A stretch of DNA of 64,000 bases. Source: a virus. The position numbers and the translations under genes were made by a program. The stretch covers positions 103,472 to 167,471 of IMG/VR virus record IMGVR_UViG_3300036770_005754; one strand, given 5' to 3'. The notes beneath the pieces are model-generated. The model saw nothing but the letters and a program-made list of their open reading frames with translations, searched no databases and had not been told where the DNA came from. Positions 18,703 to 29,137 of the stretch are shown here, piece after piece (position 1 is the first letter of the stretch; each line of letters opens with the position of its first letter).

Positions 18703-19422
18703 TTATACCGGTTCTGTCGGCTGTTCAACTGGTACTATTGGTTCTACTGGCGGTTCTGGCGGTTCTGGCGGCTGTTCAACTGGTGCTATTGGTTCTACTG
18801 GCGGTCCTGTCGGCTCTGTCGGCTCTGTCGGCTCTGTCGGCTGTTCAACTGGTGCTATTGGTTCTACTGGCGGTCCTGTCGGCTCTGTCGGCGGTTCAAC
18901 TGGTGCTATTGATTCGACTGGCTGCTCTGTCGGCGATTCAACTGGTACCACTGGCTCTGCTGGCAGCTCTGTCGGTTCTGTCGGCGGTTCACCTGGCTCT
19001 CCTGACTCTCCTGGCTCCATTGGCTCTATTGGCGGTTCAATTGGTTCTGTTGGATATCTATCTCCAGTTAAAACAATTGACCCACCAACTAACTCATATG
19101 GTACTGGGGATGAGACTTCTTCAGCTTTTATGATTCCAACAGAAGCTAAAAAGGTTCCCAAAGACCCATGATATTTAAATAATTCAACGTCTCCGCCAAG
19201 ATGGACAATGCCGTCATAAATGCCTGGTGGTGCTAAGAGCCTTAGTTCATTCAATATTTTTTGGGCGTCTTCGACTTTATATCCGGGAACGTTCCACATC
19301 ATTTCCCGGCCCATGTCATATAGTCGTTTGATTTCTTCTGAAACTTGATTTGCGAACAATAGCATTGCTCTTGCTCGTTCGCGATGTTCATTCTTTTGTT
19401 CTTCTACTTGAAATAGTGACAT
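18703..19422 (-). CDS. Protein with a long Pro/Glu-rich low-complexity C-terminal tail
   Basis: Start MSLFQ after GGAG; ~115 C-terminal residues of PTEP/PVEP/PPEP repeats. Confidence 0.8.
   Translation of the reverse strand: MSLFQVEEQKNEHRERARAMLLFANQVSEEIKRLYDMGREMMWNVPGYKVEDAQKILNELRLLAPPGIYDGIVHLGGDVELFKYHGSLGTFLASVGIIKAEEVSSPVPYELVGGSIVLTGDRYPTEPIEPPIEPMEPGESGEPGEPPTEPTELPAEPVVPVESPTEQPVESIAPVEPPTEPTGPPVEPIAPVEQPTEPTEPTEPTGPPVEPIAPVEQPPEPPEPPVEPIVPVEQPTEPV
18706..19050. repeat. Nested 9-bp and ~69-bp tandem repeats encoding the Pro/Glu tail
   Basis: GGCTCTGTC is reiterated; GGCTGTTCAACTGGTGCTATTGGTTCTACTGGCGGTCCTGTC is repeated at ~18770 and ~18839. Confidence 0.85.
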
Positions 19423-19424
19423 AT

Positions 19425-21071
19425 TTATCTCCAATTGTTAGATTTTATAAATGGATTGGTTGGCACCCAGACACCGTTTTGTTTTATGTAATGACCTTCA
19501 GTTTGTTTCCATTCTCCGTTATTTTTGACCCATGTCTGGGAAAGCTCCGATGTTGTTTTCGGTGACTGTTGACGCATCGCGAACATTCCGCCGCGACCCA
19601 GTTGGTACAGGCTTCGCACCTCATTTGCCGACAGGGCGCGATTCCAAACTCCATAATCCGCGCCTAGTCCATTCAACTGCTGAAATGTGTTTTGCCCACC
19701 TGAAAACCACAGCGCGTTAGTCGAATTACCAAATACGCCAGTTGCTGACACCGTACTGCCGATCTGTAATCCATTTAAATAAACACGCATGGACGATCCA
19801 TCCCAAGTAGCCACCAAATGCTGCCATCCCGCTGAAATCAAAACCCCTGTACTGAGCGTTCTTAAAGTGCCGCCGGTTGTTAGATAAAATGTGATTGCTG
19901 ATGCTTCGTGCATTAAAATGAACCCGGAACCGCTCCATTTTGACATGTATCGCCGTTGCCCTGATACAGCGCGATCCGATATCCAGCAGGCGAGCGACAG
20001 CGATGAAAGTCCGGCGTATAGCGCAGGATTCCCACAGTTAACAATGTCATTTGAACCATCAAAATCCAATGCGTATTTCCCACCACTCACCACCCAATCC
20101 GTCGCCGCGTCCATGTTTGTGAGCGTGCCGTGGTTTTTATATGGTCCGTGATCTATTAATCTAGTTCCTGTTGGGCCCAAACTAGGACTCCATGCTCCGA
20201 CTACACCTTTCCATAAATTTGGATATAATGGCTCCCCATCTCTTGGGGCGAAGCCATTGTGATAGCTAGGTTCGATTGGTGGTCTATTAATTAAAGACGC
20301 TCTATCTCGGCGTATTATTGTTGTTGGTTGTGTGAATGAATATATTCGTCTTCGCGGTTTACGTTGCAACATTCCACCGCGACCAAGTTGATAAATATTC
20401 GTTATCTCATTAGCGGTTAAACCTCGATCCCATAAGATAGCATCAGATACTAAGCCATCAAACGAATATGTTATATTAAGCACAGGTAATCTAGCACTAT
20501 TTCTACCTATGAAAAAATTATTTGTTCCAATCGCTGTAGACTCTGAGTCATGAATTCGAATATTGTTTTGGTAAAGTTGATATCGAGAGCCATTATTCAC
20601 AATAGTAAAAAGATGCCATGAAGCACGATTAACAAGCGGCGAAGGAGTGGCTGTAGCTCGACCTGTTCGCAACACCTCCATATAAATCATACCATCAGTC
20701 CAAACATAATGAGACCCAAAATTCGAGCTATCTTGAGCAAATGGAGGAGATGTCCTAGATTGACTTGTTGGTGTTGCCAGCCTTAATTTACACCAGCACG
20801 ACATTGTAGCTGCATTAAGAGGTTGTACCGACCCAAGACTGCAAAAATCATCAACTCCATCAAATTCTAGTGCATATTGCCCATCGCTAATAATCCAGTC
20901 ATTGGCCACGTCCATATTAGTAAGTGAACCCCAATTATTGCTGCGACTGACATCATATAATCTCGACCCAGTCGGACCAAGAGATGGCGACCAATATCCA
21001 ACTACACCATCCCATAATTCTGGATTGTTAGATTCATCGTAAGTGCCATAATTACTCCAATCTGGTCTCAT
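19425..21071 (-). CDS. Tandem LamG / concanavalin-A-like lectin-domain protein
   Basis: Two copies of LW.GVVG.WSPSLGPTG.RL.D...AL.FDG..D...W.H...W.R.L.ANE...YQLGRGGM. Confidence 0.85.
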   Translation of the reverse strand: MRPDWSNYGTYDESNNPELWDGVVGYWSPSLGPTGSRLYDVSRSNNWGSLTNMDVANDWIISDGQYALEFDGVDDFCSLGSVQPLNAATMSCWCKLRLATPTSQSRTSPPFAQDSSNFGSHYVWTDGMIYMEVLRTGRATATPSPLVNRASWHLFTIVNNGSRYQLYQNNIRIHDSESTAIGTNNFFIGRNSARLPVLNITYSFDGLVSDAILWDRGLTANEITNIYQLGRGGMLQRKPRRRIYSFTQPTTIIRRDRASLINRPPIEPSYHNGFAPRDGEPLYPNLWKGVVGAWSPSLGPTGTRLIDHGPYKNHGTLTNMDAATDWVVSGGKYALDFDGSNDIVNCGNPALYAGLSSLSLACWISDRAVSGQRRYMSKWSGSGFILMHEASAITFYLTTGGTLRTLSTGVLISAGWQHLVATWDGSSMRVYLNGLQIGSTVSATGVFGNSTNALWFSGGQNTFQQLNGLGADYGVWNRALSANEVRSLYQLGRGGMFAMRQQSPKTTSELSQTWVKNNGEWKQTEGHYIKQNGVWVPTNPFIKSNNWR

Positions 21072-21625
21072 GATAAAGTGTCCACTATTGCAGGGTATAT
21101 CGGCACAACAATTAATCGAGAATCATTATCAATTGGTGTCGTTTCATTCCGAATAGCCTGCCCGAGATTATTATCGACGATCGGAGCAACATACCTCCCG
21201 CGAGGATACCATACAGACGGGTCTTGTGTTAGAACAGTATTGCCATCTGGTGTTGCGATAAGAGTAACCACTGGTCGTGGGGCTTGTCGCAGGTTCGCAT
21301 CTAGCGTACCTAGTGTATACGCCCCATCTGAACCAGTTACTTTTGCTGGCCATAAGGTGTTATTATATGATGATACCAAATATGCTTCCACAGTCAAGCC
21401 AGCAGTAGGTGCCGTACCAGTTTCAATCGAGAGATAAACTAGACAGAATTCGGGAAGTAGGAAGATATTACCAACGCTCAACGCTAGGTCCGCAGATTGC
21501 CCTTGTTGTGCCGACCCATTAGCGAGGTTGTTGAATGACAACTCCCTAGTGACCCCAGTTGCTCCGGGTTGCCCCCAAACAATTGCTGTGCCTTGTACGG
21601 TGCCAGAGAAATCAGGTAATGCCAT
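21068..21625 (-). CDS. Putative virion beta-sandwich protein (paralog of 21658..22194)
   Basis: Shares MALPD, LANG, PTAG and I.DN..G.A with its neighbour. Confidence 0.7.
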   Translation of the reverse strand: MALPDFSGTVQGTAIVWGQPGATGVTRELSFNNLANGSAQQGQSADLALSVGNIFLLPEFCLVYLSIETGTAPTAGLTVEAYLVSSYNNTLWPAKVTGSDGAYTLGTLDANLRQAPRPVVTLIATPDGNTVLTQDPSVWYPRGRYVAPIVDNNLGQAIRNETTPIDNDSRLIVVPIYPAIVDTLS

Positions 21626-21657
21626 TTGTTATACCCTCTCTATTTTGTATATTAAAC

Positions 21658-22194
21658 TCATAAACTATCCTCAACAGATTCTTCTAATGGAGTTAATCGA
21701 ATTACCATATTTTCCGCACTAGAATGAAAAGCCGCCCCACTGCGATTATCGATTACCAAATTAACATATGGGCCTTTTGGAAACATTAATCCGACAAGAG
21801 ATTTTTGAATCGTTGGGGTTGCTATAGCTGAACATATGTGAGCCCCAAGAAATTCCAATTGGCGAATAGCCACATCAATGTCATTATTATATCCAGTATA
21901 TGGGGCGTCATTTCCGCTGGTATTGCCTTGCCCAGCACCGTTTTCATTAGTATATGATGCGTAAAAGTTTACAGAATTCCCTGCCGTAGGGGTTGCCGCC
22001 ATTTCTAGTTCTACGTCAACTTTCCATCTTTGGGCCCATTTTGGACCAAGGAATAGGGTTTGAGTCTGTCTAGCACCCGCACTAGTGCCGTTGCCATTAG
22101 CAAGGCTGGTGAGTGTTACTACGGCATCACCGCCTGATGTTTTAATTGTTTTCGGGGTGCCCGATTGTGTTTTTGAATAGTCTGGTAAAGCCAT
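21658..22194 (-). CDS. Putative virion beta-sandwich protein (paralog of 21068..21625)
   Basis: Same shared motifs; AGGA RBS. Confidence 0.7.
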   Translation of the reverse strand: MALPDYSKTQSGTPKTIKTSGGDAVVTLTSLANGNGTSAGARQTQTLFLGPKWAQRWKVDVELEMAATPTAGNSVNFYASYTNENGAGQGNTSGNDAPYTGYNNDIDVAIRQLEFLGAHICSAIATPTIQKSLVGLMFPKGPYVNLVIDNRSGAAFHSSAENMVIRLTPLEESVEDSL

Positions 22195-22199
22195 AATAA

Positions 22200-22352
22200 T
22201 TATCCTACTAAGTTAAATTTGTATAAATTTGAGTGGTGACAGTTTGCCCTGTGGTCGATCTCCGAACGCACTTTGCAGAGCAGTTCATCGGCTGCCATTT
22301 GAGCCTGAGTTGCCTGCGGGATTGGATTGGTTGCAAAAATGCCGTCTGTCAT
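22200..22352 (-). pseudogene. 50-codon ORF, possibly a truncated gene carried in with the fibre cassette
   Basis: MTDGIFATNPIPQATQAQMAADELLCKVRSEIDHRANCHH.. starts 5 bp after the fibre stop; its GC-rich 5' part switches abruptly to AT-rich near 22230. Confidence 0.35.
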
Positions 22353-22357
22353 GTTGA

Positions 22358-24100
22358 TTATGTTCCGTATGCGAGATCTGCTATCTCAATAATTACAACC
22401 CATCGCCATATTTCCGATGCAATTCCAGTCACAGAAAACTGTACTGCTTCATTTGTATCGTCCGCAGTAACGGCGAGATCAGTGCTCGCATTGTCTTCGT
22501 GGTCTGTGCCAATCGTTTCCACATACACCAATGTGGTGGTACTGCCAACTCGTTTGATTGCGCCCTTCCGGACATAATGGGCAATGGCTGATCCGTCAGA
22601 TTTACTACCGATAACATTCGCGATAAAACCCCAAACCTTACCAGCAGGAAGTACCGGGCGAACGCTTTGATCGCTACGCAAAAACAAAACAGCGGGCGTT
22701 GCATCTGTTGTTTTGTTTGATGCGATTAGCCGCAAATATTGAGCGTCACCATTTGCCGAAAAACGCCATCCTGCGTGTGCTCGCGACGCATACAGGCCCG
22801 CGACTGCATGCCGACCAGTCGCAAATGAAACATCTCCGCTTGCCGCATCCGAATCGCCAATAGCTGCCGACGCAAATCCTGTTGCACTGGAAGCGATACC
22901 CATTGCAAATGTATACGCAGACCCTGTACTGCACCACGCGCCAGCAGCAAGCGACGACGATCCCAATGCCACCTGAGAGGCAGCACTTCGCACTGTCTGT
23001 AGGTCAACCGCGTTAGCCCCGCGTGCATTTCCGCCTGCAGTTGTGCCGTCTGGGACTTGCAGCGAAAACGCCCCTGAACCCTTCGGCACGATACTCACGG
23101 AAACATTCGTGCTGCTGCCAGTCGCCTGCAATGAAACGTGATTAACAGTATTATTGGGTGAGGTCGTGTAATTGACTGGGATCTCAAAACCTTGAACCCG
23201 CAAGACGCGGTCGCTGCCGCCCGCCGAGCCTTTTTCAGTCGCGATTGTACAAACGTTACCGGACCAGCCTATTGACAACCGCTCGTAGGAGGTGCTGCTC
23301 GTGAATGTATTGTAAATGCGGTAGGTTTGTGGATTTGTCGCACTTCGCTGCTCTAAAACCTGCGGCGAGCCAAACCCTAATAATGTAACGCTGCCGCTTA
23401 TTTGAATTCCGCCCGAAGAATTTAATTGCAAATTATTTACTGCGCTAGCATTCGTCCTGAACTGTATAAAACCACCAACGTTATTGTCGATGTATAGGTT
23501 GGCGCCGAATACGGAAACCCTGTGGTCATTGGTCCCAGTACCGAGTCGAATGTCTGCAGAATTAAAATACTTGATCCCGAGAAACCGTTGTGTGTCTGTC
23601 GTCACCACACCCCGAGCGGTTGCACTTGCGTCTGGTATGTTGAGTGTGTGAACAGTCCCCTCACTAACAATGTTAAAGTCAGTGCCAGCGGCCCCAGTGA
23701 CAATAGTCTGAGGGCTCACTGTAAGACCATTCAAGGAGGCAATACCGGTAGCATTAATGTTCCAACTTCTATTAGCCGATAAATCGTAGCTAACATTATT
23801 AATAGTGATAGTTCTAGCCTCTGGGACATAGTTCGTTAGCCCAACCGCTTCTTGGTACTGGAAATAGATATCCCCATCTGAACCACCGCTTGGTTCAATC
23901 GTCCCTGACGTAATTTTGGGAACGACGACACCGTCGGCGGTAATAACGCCGTTCTTGTTGACAGAGAACTTACTGGCATTGTTGACCAGCAGGTCTATGA
24001 GTGTACTTCCACCACCAGAAGCTATATCATTGATATTAGCTTTGATGCATGTTAAGTCAACTCCGGAATTATTCCATGTTGGGGCGAATTGTATTGTCAT
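22358..24100 (-). CDS. Tail fibre / spike-like protein 3
   Basis: Gly/Ser/Thr-rich; shares MTIQFAPTWN, PDASATARG, GGNARGANAVDL and C-terminal WRW....LAYG modules with its neighbours. Confidence 0.8.
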   Translation of the reverse strand: MTIQFAPTWNNSGVDLTCIKANINDIASGGGSTLIDLLVNNASKFSVNKNGVITADGVVVPKITSGTIEPSGGSDGDIYFQYQEAVGLTNYVPEARTITINNVSYDLSANRSWNINATGIASLNGLTVSPQTIVTGAAGTDFNIVSEGTVHTLNIPDASATARGVVTTDTQRFLGIKYFNSADIRLGTGTNDHRVSVFGANLYIDNNVGGFIQFRTNASAVNNLQLNSSGGIQISGSVTLLGFGSPQVLEQRSATNPQTYRIYNTFTSSTSYERLSIGWSGNVCTIATEKGSAGGSDRVLRVQGFEIPVNYTTSPNNTVNHVSLQATGSSTNVSVSIVPKGSGAFSLQVPDGTTAGGNARGANAVDLQTVRSAASQVALGSSSLAAGAWCSTGSAYTFAMGIASSATGFASAAIGDSDAASGDVSFATGRHAVAGLYASRAHAGWRFSANGDAQYLRLIASNKTTDATPAVLFLRSDQSVRPVLPAGKVWGFIANVIGSKSDGSAIAHYVRKGAIKRVGSTTTLVYVETIGTDHEDNASTDLAVTADDTNEAVQFSVTGIASEIWRWVVIIEIADLAYGT

Positions 24101-24101
24101 A

Positions 24102-26501
24102 TCAAACTCCGTAAGCTAATTCTGCGCCACTAACTACTGCTATCCACCGCCAGGTCTCATTCAACACACCGGTTACAGAGATTTCAAGAGCGTCGTTTGT
24201 GTTGTCAGCTGTTATTGACAAATTGCACAATGATGGATTATAGTCAGTACCTATTGTTTCTGGTGTTGCTTCTAACGATGTTGTACCACCGACATTTTTA
24301 ATATCGACTGTGCGCCTAAATCTAGCTCCTACCGATCCGTCGGACTTGAACCCCTTGATCATTACATCTGCAGACAAACCTTTACCCGATGGAATCGTCA
24401 AGCGAGCAGATGAACCATTTAGAAACAAGGTCACTGCGGAATCGGTTGTGGTTTTGTTACGGAGAACAAATTCCACTGCTTGACAATCGCCGGCGGCAGC
24501 AAAGCGGCCGGAAGCGCGGGCATCCATACCGTAACGATCTGCGACTGCCCGATAGCCACCAAACACGGATGAATATGCTGCCGATGCAGTATTTTCGCCG
24601 CCGCCAATTGCTGCGGCATCTTCGCTTTGAGCGCGATTGAATCCACCACCAGCCATCGCCCGCAGACCCGTAGCCTCGGAATATCTGCCCCCAAGATTTG
24701 CGGAATAACCTGCACTTGCGATTCCTTCTGCCCCGGCAGAAAACGAAAAATCACCCGTGGCTTGTCCGAAAATACAGGCCGAATTATTACCACTCGCCCG
24801 CACTGCCGACGGACCAAGAAACGACGCACTCCCGCTCGCCACGTCTGCGGCTGCACTACGCGATGTTGTGCGCAGGTCAACAGCGTTTGCGCCCCTCGCA
24901 TTGCCGCCCGCAGTCGTGCCATCAGGCACCACCAGCGAAAACGCACCCGATCCCTTCGGCACGATCGACACCGAAACATTCGTGCTAGCACCAGTCGCCT
25001 GAAATGAAACGTGATTAACAGTATTATTGGGTGAGGCCGTGTAGTTGACTGGGATCTCAAAACCCTGAACCCTAAGAACGCGGTCGCTGCCGCCCGCCGA
25101 GCCTTTTTCAGTTGCGATTGTGCAAACGTTACCGGACCAGCCTATTGACAACCGCTCGTATGATGTGCCGCTGGTATCTATATTGTATATATGTAGCGAT
25201 TGCCCAGTCGTGGCGTTCGCTAAAGAAATTATATCACTCGAATTTCCTAATTTTGAATTTAAAAGAATCCTTCCAGCGGCTGCAGAAGTACCGGCACCTA
25301 CACCACCGCTACCGCCAGCAAGCACTACATTCCCACCAGCCCCATTTGTAGTCGCGCCGTCACCACCATTACCTGCGGTAATTGTGATCGTACCGCCCAA
25401 ACCGCCTATTCGAGTGCCTGATGCCGATACCGCAGCGCCACCATTACCAGCAGTTAGTCCTATTGATCCACCGACGCCGCCAGTAATAACTCCAGACGTT
25501 CCGGTGACCGCACCACCAGCACCACTAGTTATTGACAACGGACCACCGGATCCTCCTGTTCCACCAGCAGCGCTAGCGATATTACCACGCGCTGTGATAA
25601 TATTGATAGCCGCTCCAGTGCGTGCAGTACTCGACGAAGTATGTGTTGAACCACTACCAGTAGATATTGTAATAGGACCACCGACATAATTACCAGCACC
25701 ACCACTATTAGACGGTGTGAATATGTTCACAGCACCACTATCAAATAAAAACACACCGCCAGGAGCACCATTTGATCCTGCGCCAACGACATTTACACTC
25801 CCAGCCGTTGCAGACGCACCGCCGGGATTTCCGGCGTATATGGTGACACTGCCGCCAGAACTAGCCGTACTGCCAGTATTCGCCCCATTCCCTGCCCCAA
25901 TCACCACCGATCCACCAATGCCTATGGGGAATGGAGATCCCGACCCTGATGACGCAGCGTTTCCAGCTAGAACTGTGACGTTTCCACCCGCAGCTGCAGT
26001 TACACCAGTACTGCCAGCCACAGCACCTGCAGCTGTTATAATAATAGACTGCCCAGCTAAAGATGAATCAACTTGTGTCGGAGCACCACCAGCTATTCGT
26101 AATGCCTGATCGACCGGCCCATATAAGTGTGTTATTTCACCTAACCCAGACCCCCAATTCAACACAGCCGTGAGAGTTTTGGCTCCTGCAATCGTCTGTG
26201 ATCCAGTAGTAATCAGCCCTCTCGCAGTCGTACTCGCGTCCGGTAAATTAAAGGTTATACCAGAACCAGACTGACTTATATTGAAATCAGCACCAGAAGA
26301 ACCTACTGAAAAATTTACAGGAACAGTGGAGCCGTTAGACAAAATAAGCCCACTTTTATTCACAGAGAATTTGCTAACGTCATTAACTAACAGATCTATT
26401 AGCGTGCTTCCGCCACCAGATGCTACATCGATAGCGTTAGCCTTAATGCACGTCAAATCGACGCCAGACTCGTTCCATGTTGGGGCGAATTGTATTGTCA
26501 T
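24102..26501 (-). CDS. Tail fibre / spike-like protein 2 with Gly-rich (GG.I.I.AG.GG) repeats
   Basis: Same shared modules, plus ~270 aa of glycine-rich repeats and YadA-head-like A.G..S...GG repeats. Confidence 0.8.
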   Translation of the reverse strand: MTIQFAPTWNESGVDLTCIKANAIDVASGGGSTLIDLLVNDVSKFSVNKSGLILSNGSTVPVNFSVGSSGADFNISQSGSGITFNLPDASTTARGLITTGSQTIAGAKTLTAVLNWGSGLGEITHLYGPVDQALRIAGGAPTQVDSSLAGQSIIITAAGAVAGSTGVTAAAGGNVTVLAGNAASSGSGSPFPIGIGGSVVIGAGNGANTGSTASSGGSVTIYAGNPGGASATAGSVNVVGAGSNGAPGGVFLFDSGAVNIFTPSNSGGAGNYVGGPITISTGSGSTHTSSSTARTGAAINIITARGNIASAAGGTGGSGGPLSITSGAGGAVTGTSGVITGGVGGSIGLTAGNGGAAVSASGTRIGGLGGTITITAGNGGDGATTNGAGGNVVLAGGSGGVGAGTSAAAGRILLNSKLGNSSDIISLANATTGQSLHIYNIDTSGTSYERLSIGWSGNVCTIATEKGSAGGSDRVLRVQGFEIPVNYTASPNNTVNHVSFQATGASTNVSVSIVPKGSGAFSLVVPDGTTAGGNARGANAVDLRTTSRSAAADVASGSASFLGPSAVRASGNNSACIFGQATGDFSFSAGAEGIASAGYSANLGGRYSEATGLRAMAGGGFNRAQSEDAAAIGGGENTASAAYSSVFGGYRAVADRYGMDARASGRFAAAGDCQAVEFVLRNKTTTDSAVTLFLNGSSARLTIPSGKGLSADVMIKGFKSDGSVGARFRRTVDIKNVGGTTSLEATPETIGTDYNPSLCNLSITADNTNDALEISVTGVLNETWRWIAVVSGAELAYGV

Positions 26502-26502
26502 A

Positions 26503-28542
26503 TCAAACTCCGTAAGCTATTTCTGCGCCGCTAACTATTGCTATCCACCGCCAGGTTTCATTCAATACACCAGTCACCGATATTTCAAGTGTATCGTTTG
26601 TGTCATCCGCTATTATTGATAGGGCACATCGCAATGGATTATAGTCAGTGCCTATCGTTTCTGGTGTTGTTTCTAACGATGTTGTGCCACCGACATTTTT
26701 AATATCGACTGTGCGTCTAAATCTAGCTCCTATTGAGCCATCTGATTTAATACCTTTTATCAAAACATCTGCCGATAGCACTTTGCCGCTCGGTATCGTC
26801 AGTAGCTTTGCATTTCCGCTGCTAAAATCTCCAGATCCATCAACAGATGAACTAGACGACATCCTCAAGCTTACCGCCGAATTCGTTGTTGTTTTCCCGC
26901 CGAGAACAAACAAAGAAAACTGGCATGAACCAGTCGCTCCACTAAACGCACCAGATGAATGTGCGAATTGTGAAGGTCTGTTTGAAAGAGACCGAAATCC
27001 GGTGGATAATGCACAGTTTCCTGAGGCTTGGCTTGAATTCAAGCTTACAGACGCTCTTCCACTAGGTTGGTTGCCTTCCCCAATGCATCCAGCGCTTTGT
27101 CCAGTAACAGAGTTGTTTACACCATTTAAACAACCGCCGTTTAAACCTGTAACTTGATTATTTTGTCCGCCGCCAATAAATGACTGAGTACCGCTGGCGA
27201 CAGAACTACCGCTACTACGAACCGTTTGCAAATCAACTGCATTCGCACCTCTAGCGTTTCCACCAACCGCAGTCCCATCTGGTGGTGGACCTAGTATAAA
27301 CGCCCCAGTTCCTTTAGGGGTGAGCACTAGATTCATATTAGCCGCACCAGTTCCAGCACTTTCCGCTGCTATCTGAGCGTATCTAGTTGAGGAATAAGTG
27401 CCGAACTGGAGAGCTAATCGTTCGTAGTTTGAAGTGTCAGTGAAGGAGTTGTAAACTCGAAAGGTTTGAGTGTTAATTGAATTGATCTGCTCAACAACGT
27501 TAGTAGGATTAAAAATCGGTCCACGTAAATCTAACCCGGCGCTATGTGTCCTGACTAACACGTAAAACGCAGCGACACCGGGTGTAAGCGCTAATGTCTC
27601 AGCACCATTACTAGAAAATCTGATATGCCCGTCGAACCCTTGACTATTTAATCCTGTGTTCGTATCTGTGCCGAAGCACAGTCCAGGTGTCACAATAGAC
27701 CCATTAGGTACAGATACCTGACTACTGAATGTCTTTGTCCCCGCAATCGTCTGCGATCCAGTAGTAATCAACCCCCTCGCAGTAGCACTCGCATCTGGTA
27801 TATTAAAAGTATGAGTAGTACCATTACTAACAATATTAAAATCAGTCCCAGTAGTACCAGTCGCAAACGTTTGAGCAGAACCCGTCAAACCATTAAGAGA
27901 ACCAAGAGCCCCAATACTAGAAGGAGTAATGGTGGCATTCGCGGCAGCAGTCAAACGCCCCTGAGCATCAACAGTAAACGTAGCAACCTGGCTAGAAGAC
28001 CCATAAGAATTAGCGACAACAGTCGTATCAGCAAGATTAAACGTTCGATTAGAACCCAAGTCACCGCCGCCACTCAAACCTGTCCCAGCAGACACAGTCC
28101 TGGTTTGAGGAGTGTACGTGGTCGATAAAAAAGTAGTCAAATCAGTCTGATTACTGATAGACCCAGAAATCGACCCCCAAGCAGCAGTAGTATCGGTGAT
28201 CTCGACGTATACAGAACCACTCCAACGATAAGTCCTCCCAGAATCTATAGCAACATAAATCTTACCAGGTTCACCAATAGGCGGAAAAGCAGCAAGATTA
28301 GAATATTCCAAAACATCATCAACATACGACGGCAACTGATCCGCCGGAATGAGACCACCAACCAAATCGGCCTTCAAAGACAAAGCACCATCAATATACG
28401 TGGAATCATATACACTAAGTAAAGACCTCACCTCCGAAGGAGTGAGAATCTTAGCATTAGACTTAACCTCTGTATTATTGCCAAGGAGTGTATTGGCAGC
28501 TAAATCTAAAACAGCAGAATATGGGAAAGCAGTTAAACCCAT
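26503..28542 (-). CDS. Tail fibre / spike-like protein 1
   Basis: QLPSYVDDVLEY..FP..GE.GKIYVA.D...YRWSGS.YVEI and VDAQGRLTAA fibre motifs; C-terminus near-identical to fibre 2. Confidence 0.85.
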   Translation of the reverse strand: MGLTAFPYSAVLDLAANTLLGNNTEVKSNAKILTPSEVRSLLSVYDSTYIDGALSLKADLVGGLIPADQLPSYVDDVLEYSNLAAFPPIGEPGKIYVAIDSGRTYRWSGSVYVEITDTTAAWGSISGSISNQTDLTTFLSTTYTPQTRTVSAGTGLSGGGDLGSNRTFNLADTTVVANSYGSSSQVATFTVDAQGRLTAAANATITPSSIGALGSLNGLTGSAQTFATGTTGTDFNIVSNGTTHTFNIPDASATARGLITTGSQTIAGTKTFSSQVSVPNGSIVTPGLCFGTDTNTGLNSQGFDGHIRFSSNGAETLALTPGVAAFYVLVRTHSAGLDLRGPIFNPTNVVEQINSINTQTFRVYNSFTDTSNYERLALQFGTYSSTRYAQIAAESAGTGAANMNLVLTPKGTGAFILGPPPDGTAVGGNARGANAVDLQTVRSSGSSVASGTQSFIGGGQNNQVTGLNGGCLNGVNNSVTGQSAGCIGEGNQPSGRASVSLNSSQASGNCALSTGFRSLSNRPSQFAHSSGAFSGATGSCQFSLFVLGGKTTTNSAVSLRMSSSSSVDGSGDFSSGNAKLLTIPSGKVLSADVLIKGIKSDGSIGARFRRTVDIKNVGGTTSLETTPETIGTDYNPLRCALSIIADDTNDTLEISVTGVLNETWRWIAIVSGAEIAYGV

Positions 28543-28596
28543 TTATATCTCCAGCCACGAGTTAACATATATTTGAACGGCTGGCGAAATATATAC

Positions 28597-28624
28597 AAAA
28601 ATGGCCCAGCTTACACTGGGCCAT
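28597..28624 (-). terminator. Rho-independent terminator
   Basis: Minus strand reads ATGGCCCAG-TGTAAG-CTGGGCCAT-TTTTG, just after 28644..29048. Confidence 0.7.
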
Positions 28625-28643
28625 AAAACATCAGCAACCAAAA

Positions 28644-29048
28644 CTAGACCATCACATCAGCAGTCAAATCACGGGCATCCTGATGCAAGTCTCTCGACAG
28701 GCCAGCAACAGTGTTCTCCAGAAACTTGTCATGACCAATCTGGAACGCAAAATCAACATCAGTCAGATTAGTCTGAGCATTAGAGAAGGATACCTGATCC
28801 TTCAAGCCAACTACAATCGGGAAGCCACGGCCAGCATTATGGCGAGCTTCACCCATGTAAGTGCTGAAATCAGAGACAGATGTGTCTCTGGACTTAACCT
28901 CAACAAGAATCTCATGAGCAGGAACGCTCATTACAAGCGGACGGAGGCGCTTAATCAAAGCAGCCACGGATTCGTGACGGTGCATATCACGATAAGAACG
29001 AATAGTACGATGCACTCGAATGTCGGTATTCGCAGGTTGTGCTGACAT
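28644..29048 (-). CDS. Hypothetical protein, likely a highly expressed late gene
   Basis: Start MSAQPAN after AGGAG; has its own CAAAAATA motif and terminator. Confidence 0.75.
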   Translation of the reverse strand: MSAQPANTDIRVHRTIRSYRDMHRHESVAALIKRLRPLVMSVPAHEILVEVKSRDTSVSDFSTYMGEARHNAGRGFPIVVGLKDQVSFSNAQTNLTDVDFAFQIGHDKFLENTVAGLSRDLHQDARDLTADVMV

Positions 29049-29137
29049 TTTGAAACTCCTGAACATTGTTACTAACTGCCAAACTATATTATTTTTGACA
29101 GAAGCTTCAAAATGTGTTAAGTACACCAACCCAAAAA

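Noticed and set aside
18680-19171. Plus-strand Gly/Ser-rich and Leu/Val/Ala-rich ORFs
   Set aside because: Antisense readings of the Pro/Glu repeat; the minus-strand gene has an RBS and fits the operon.
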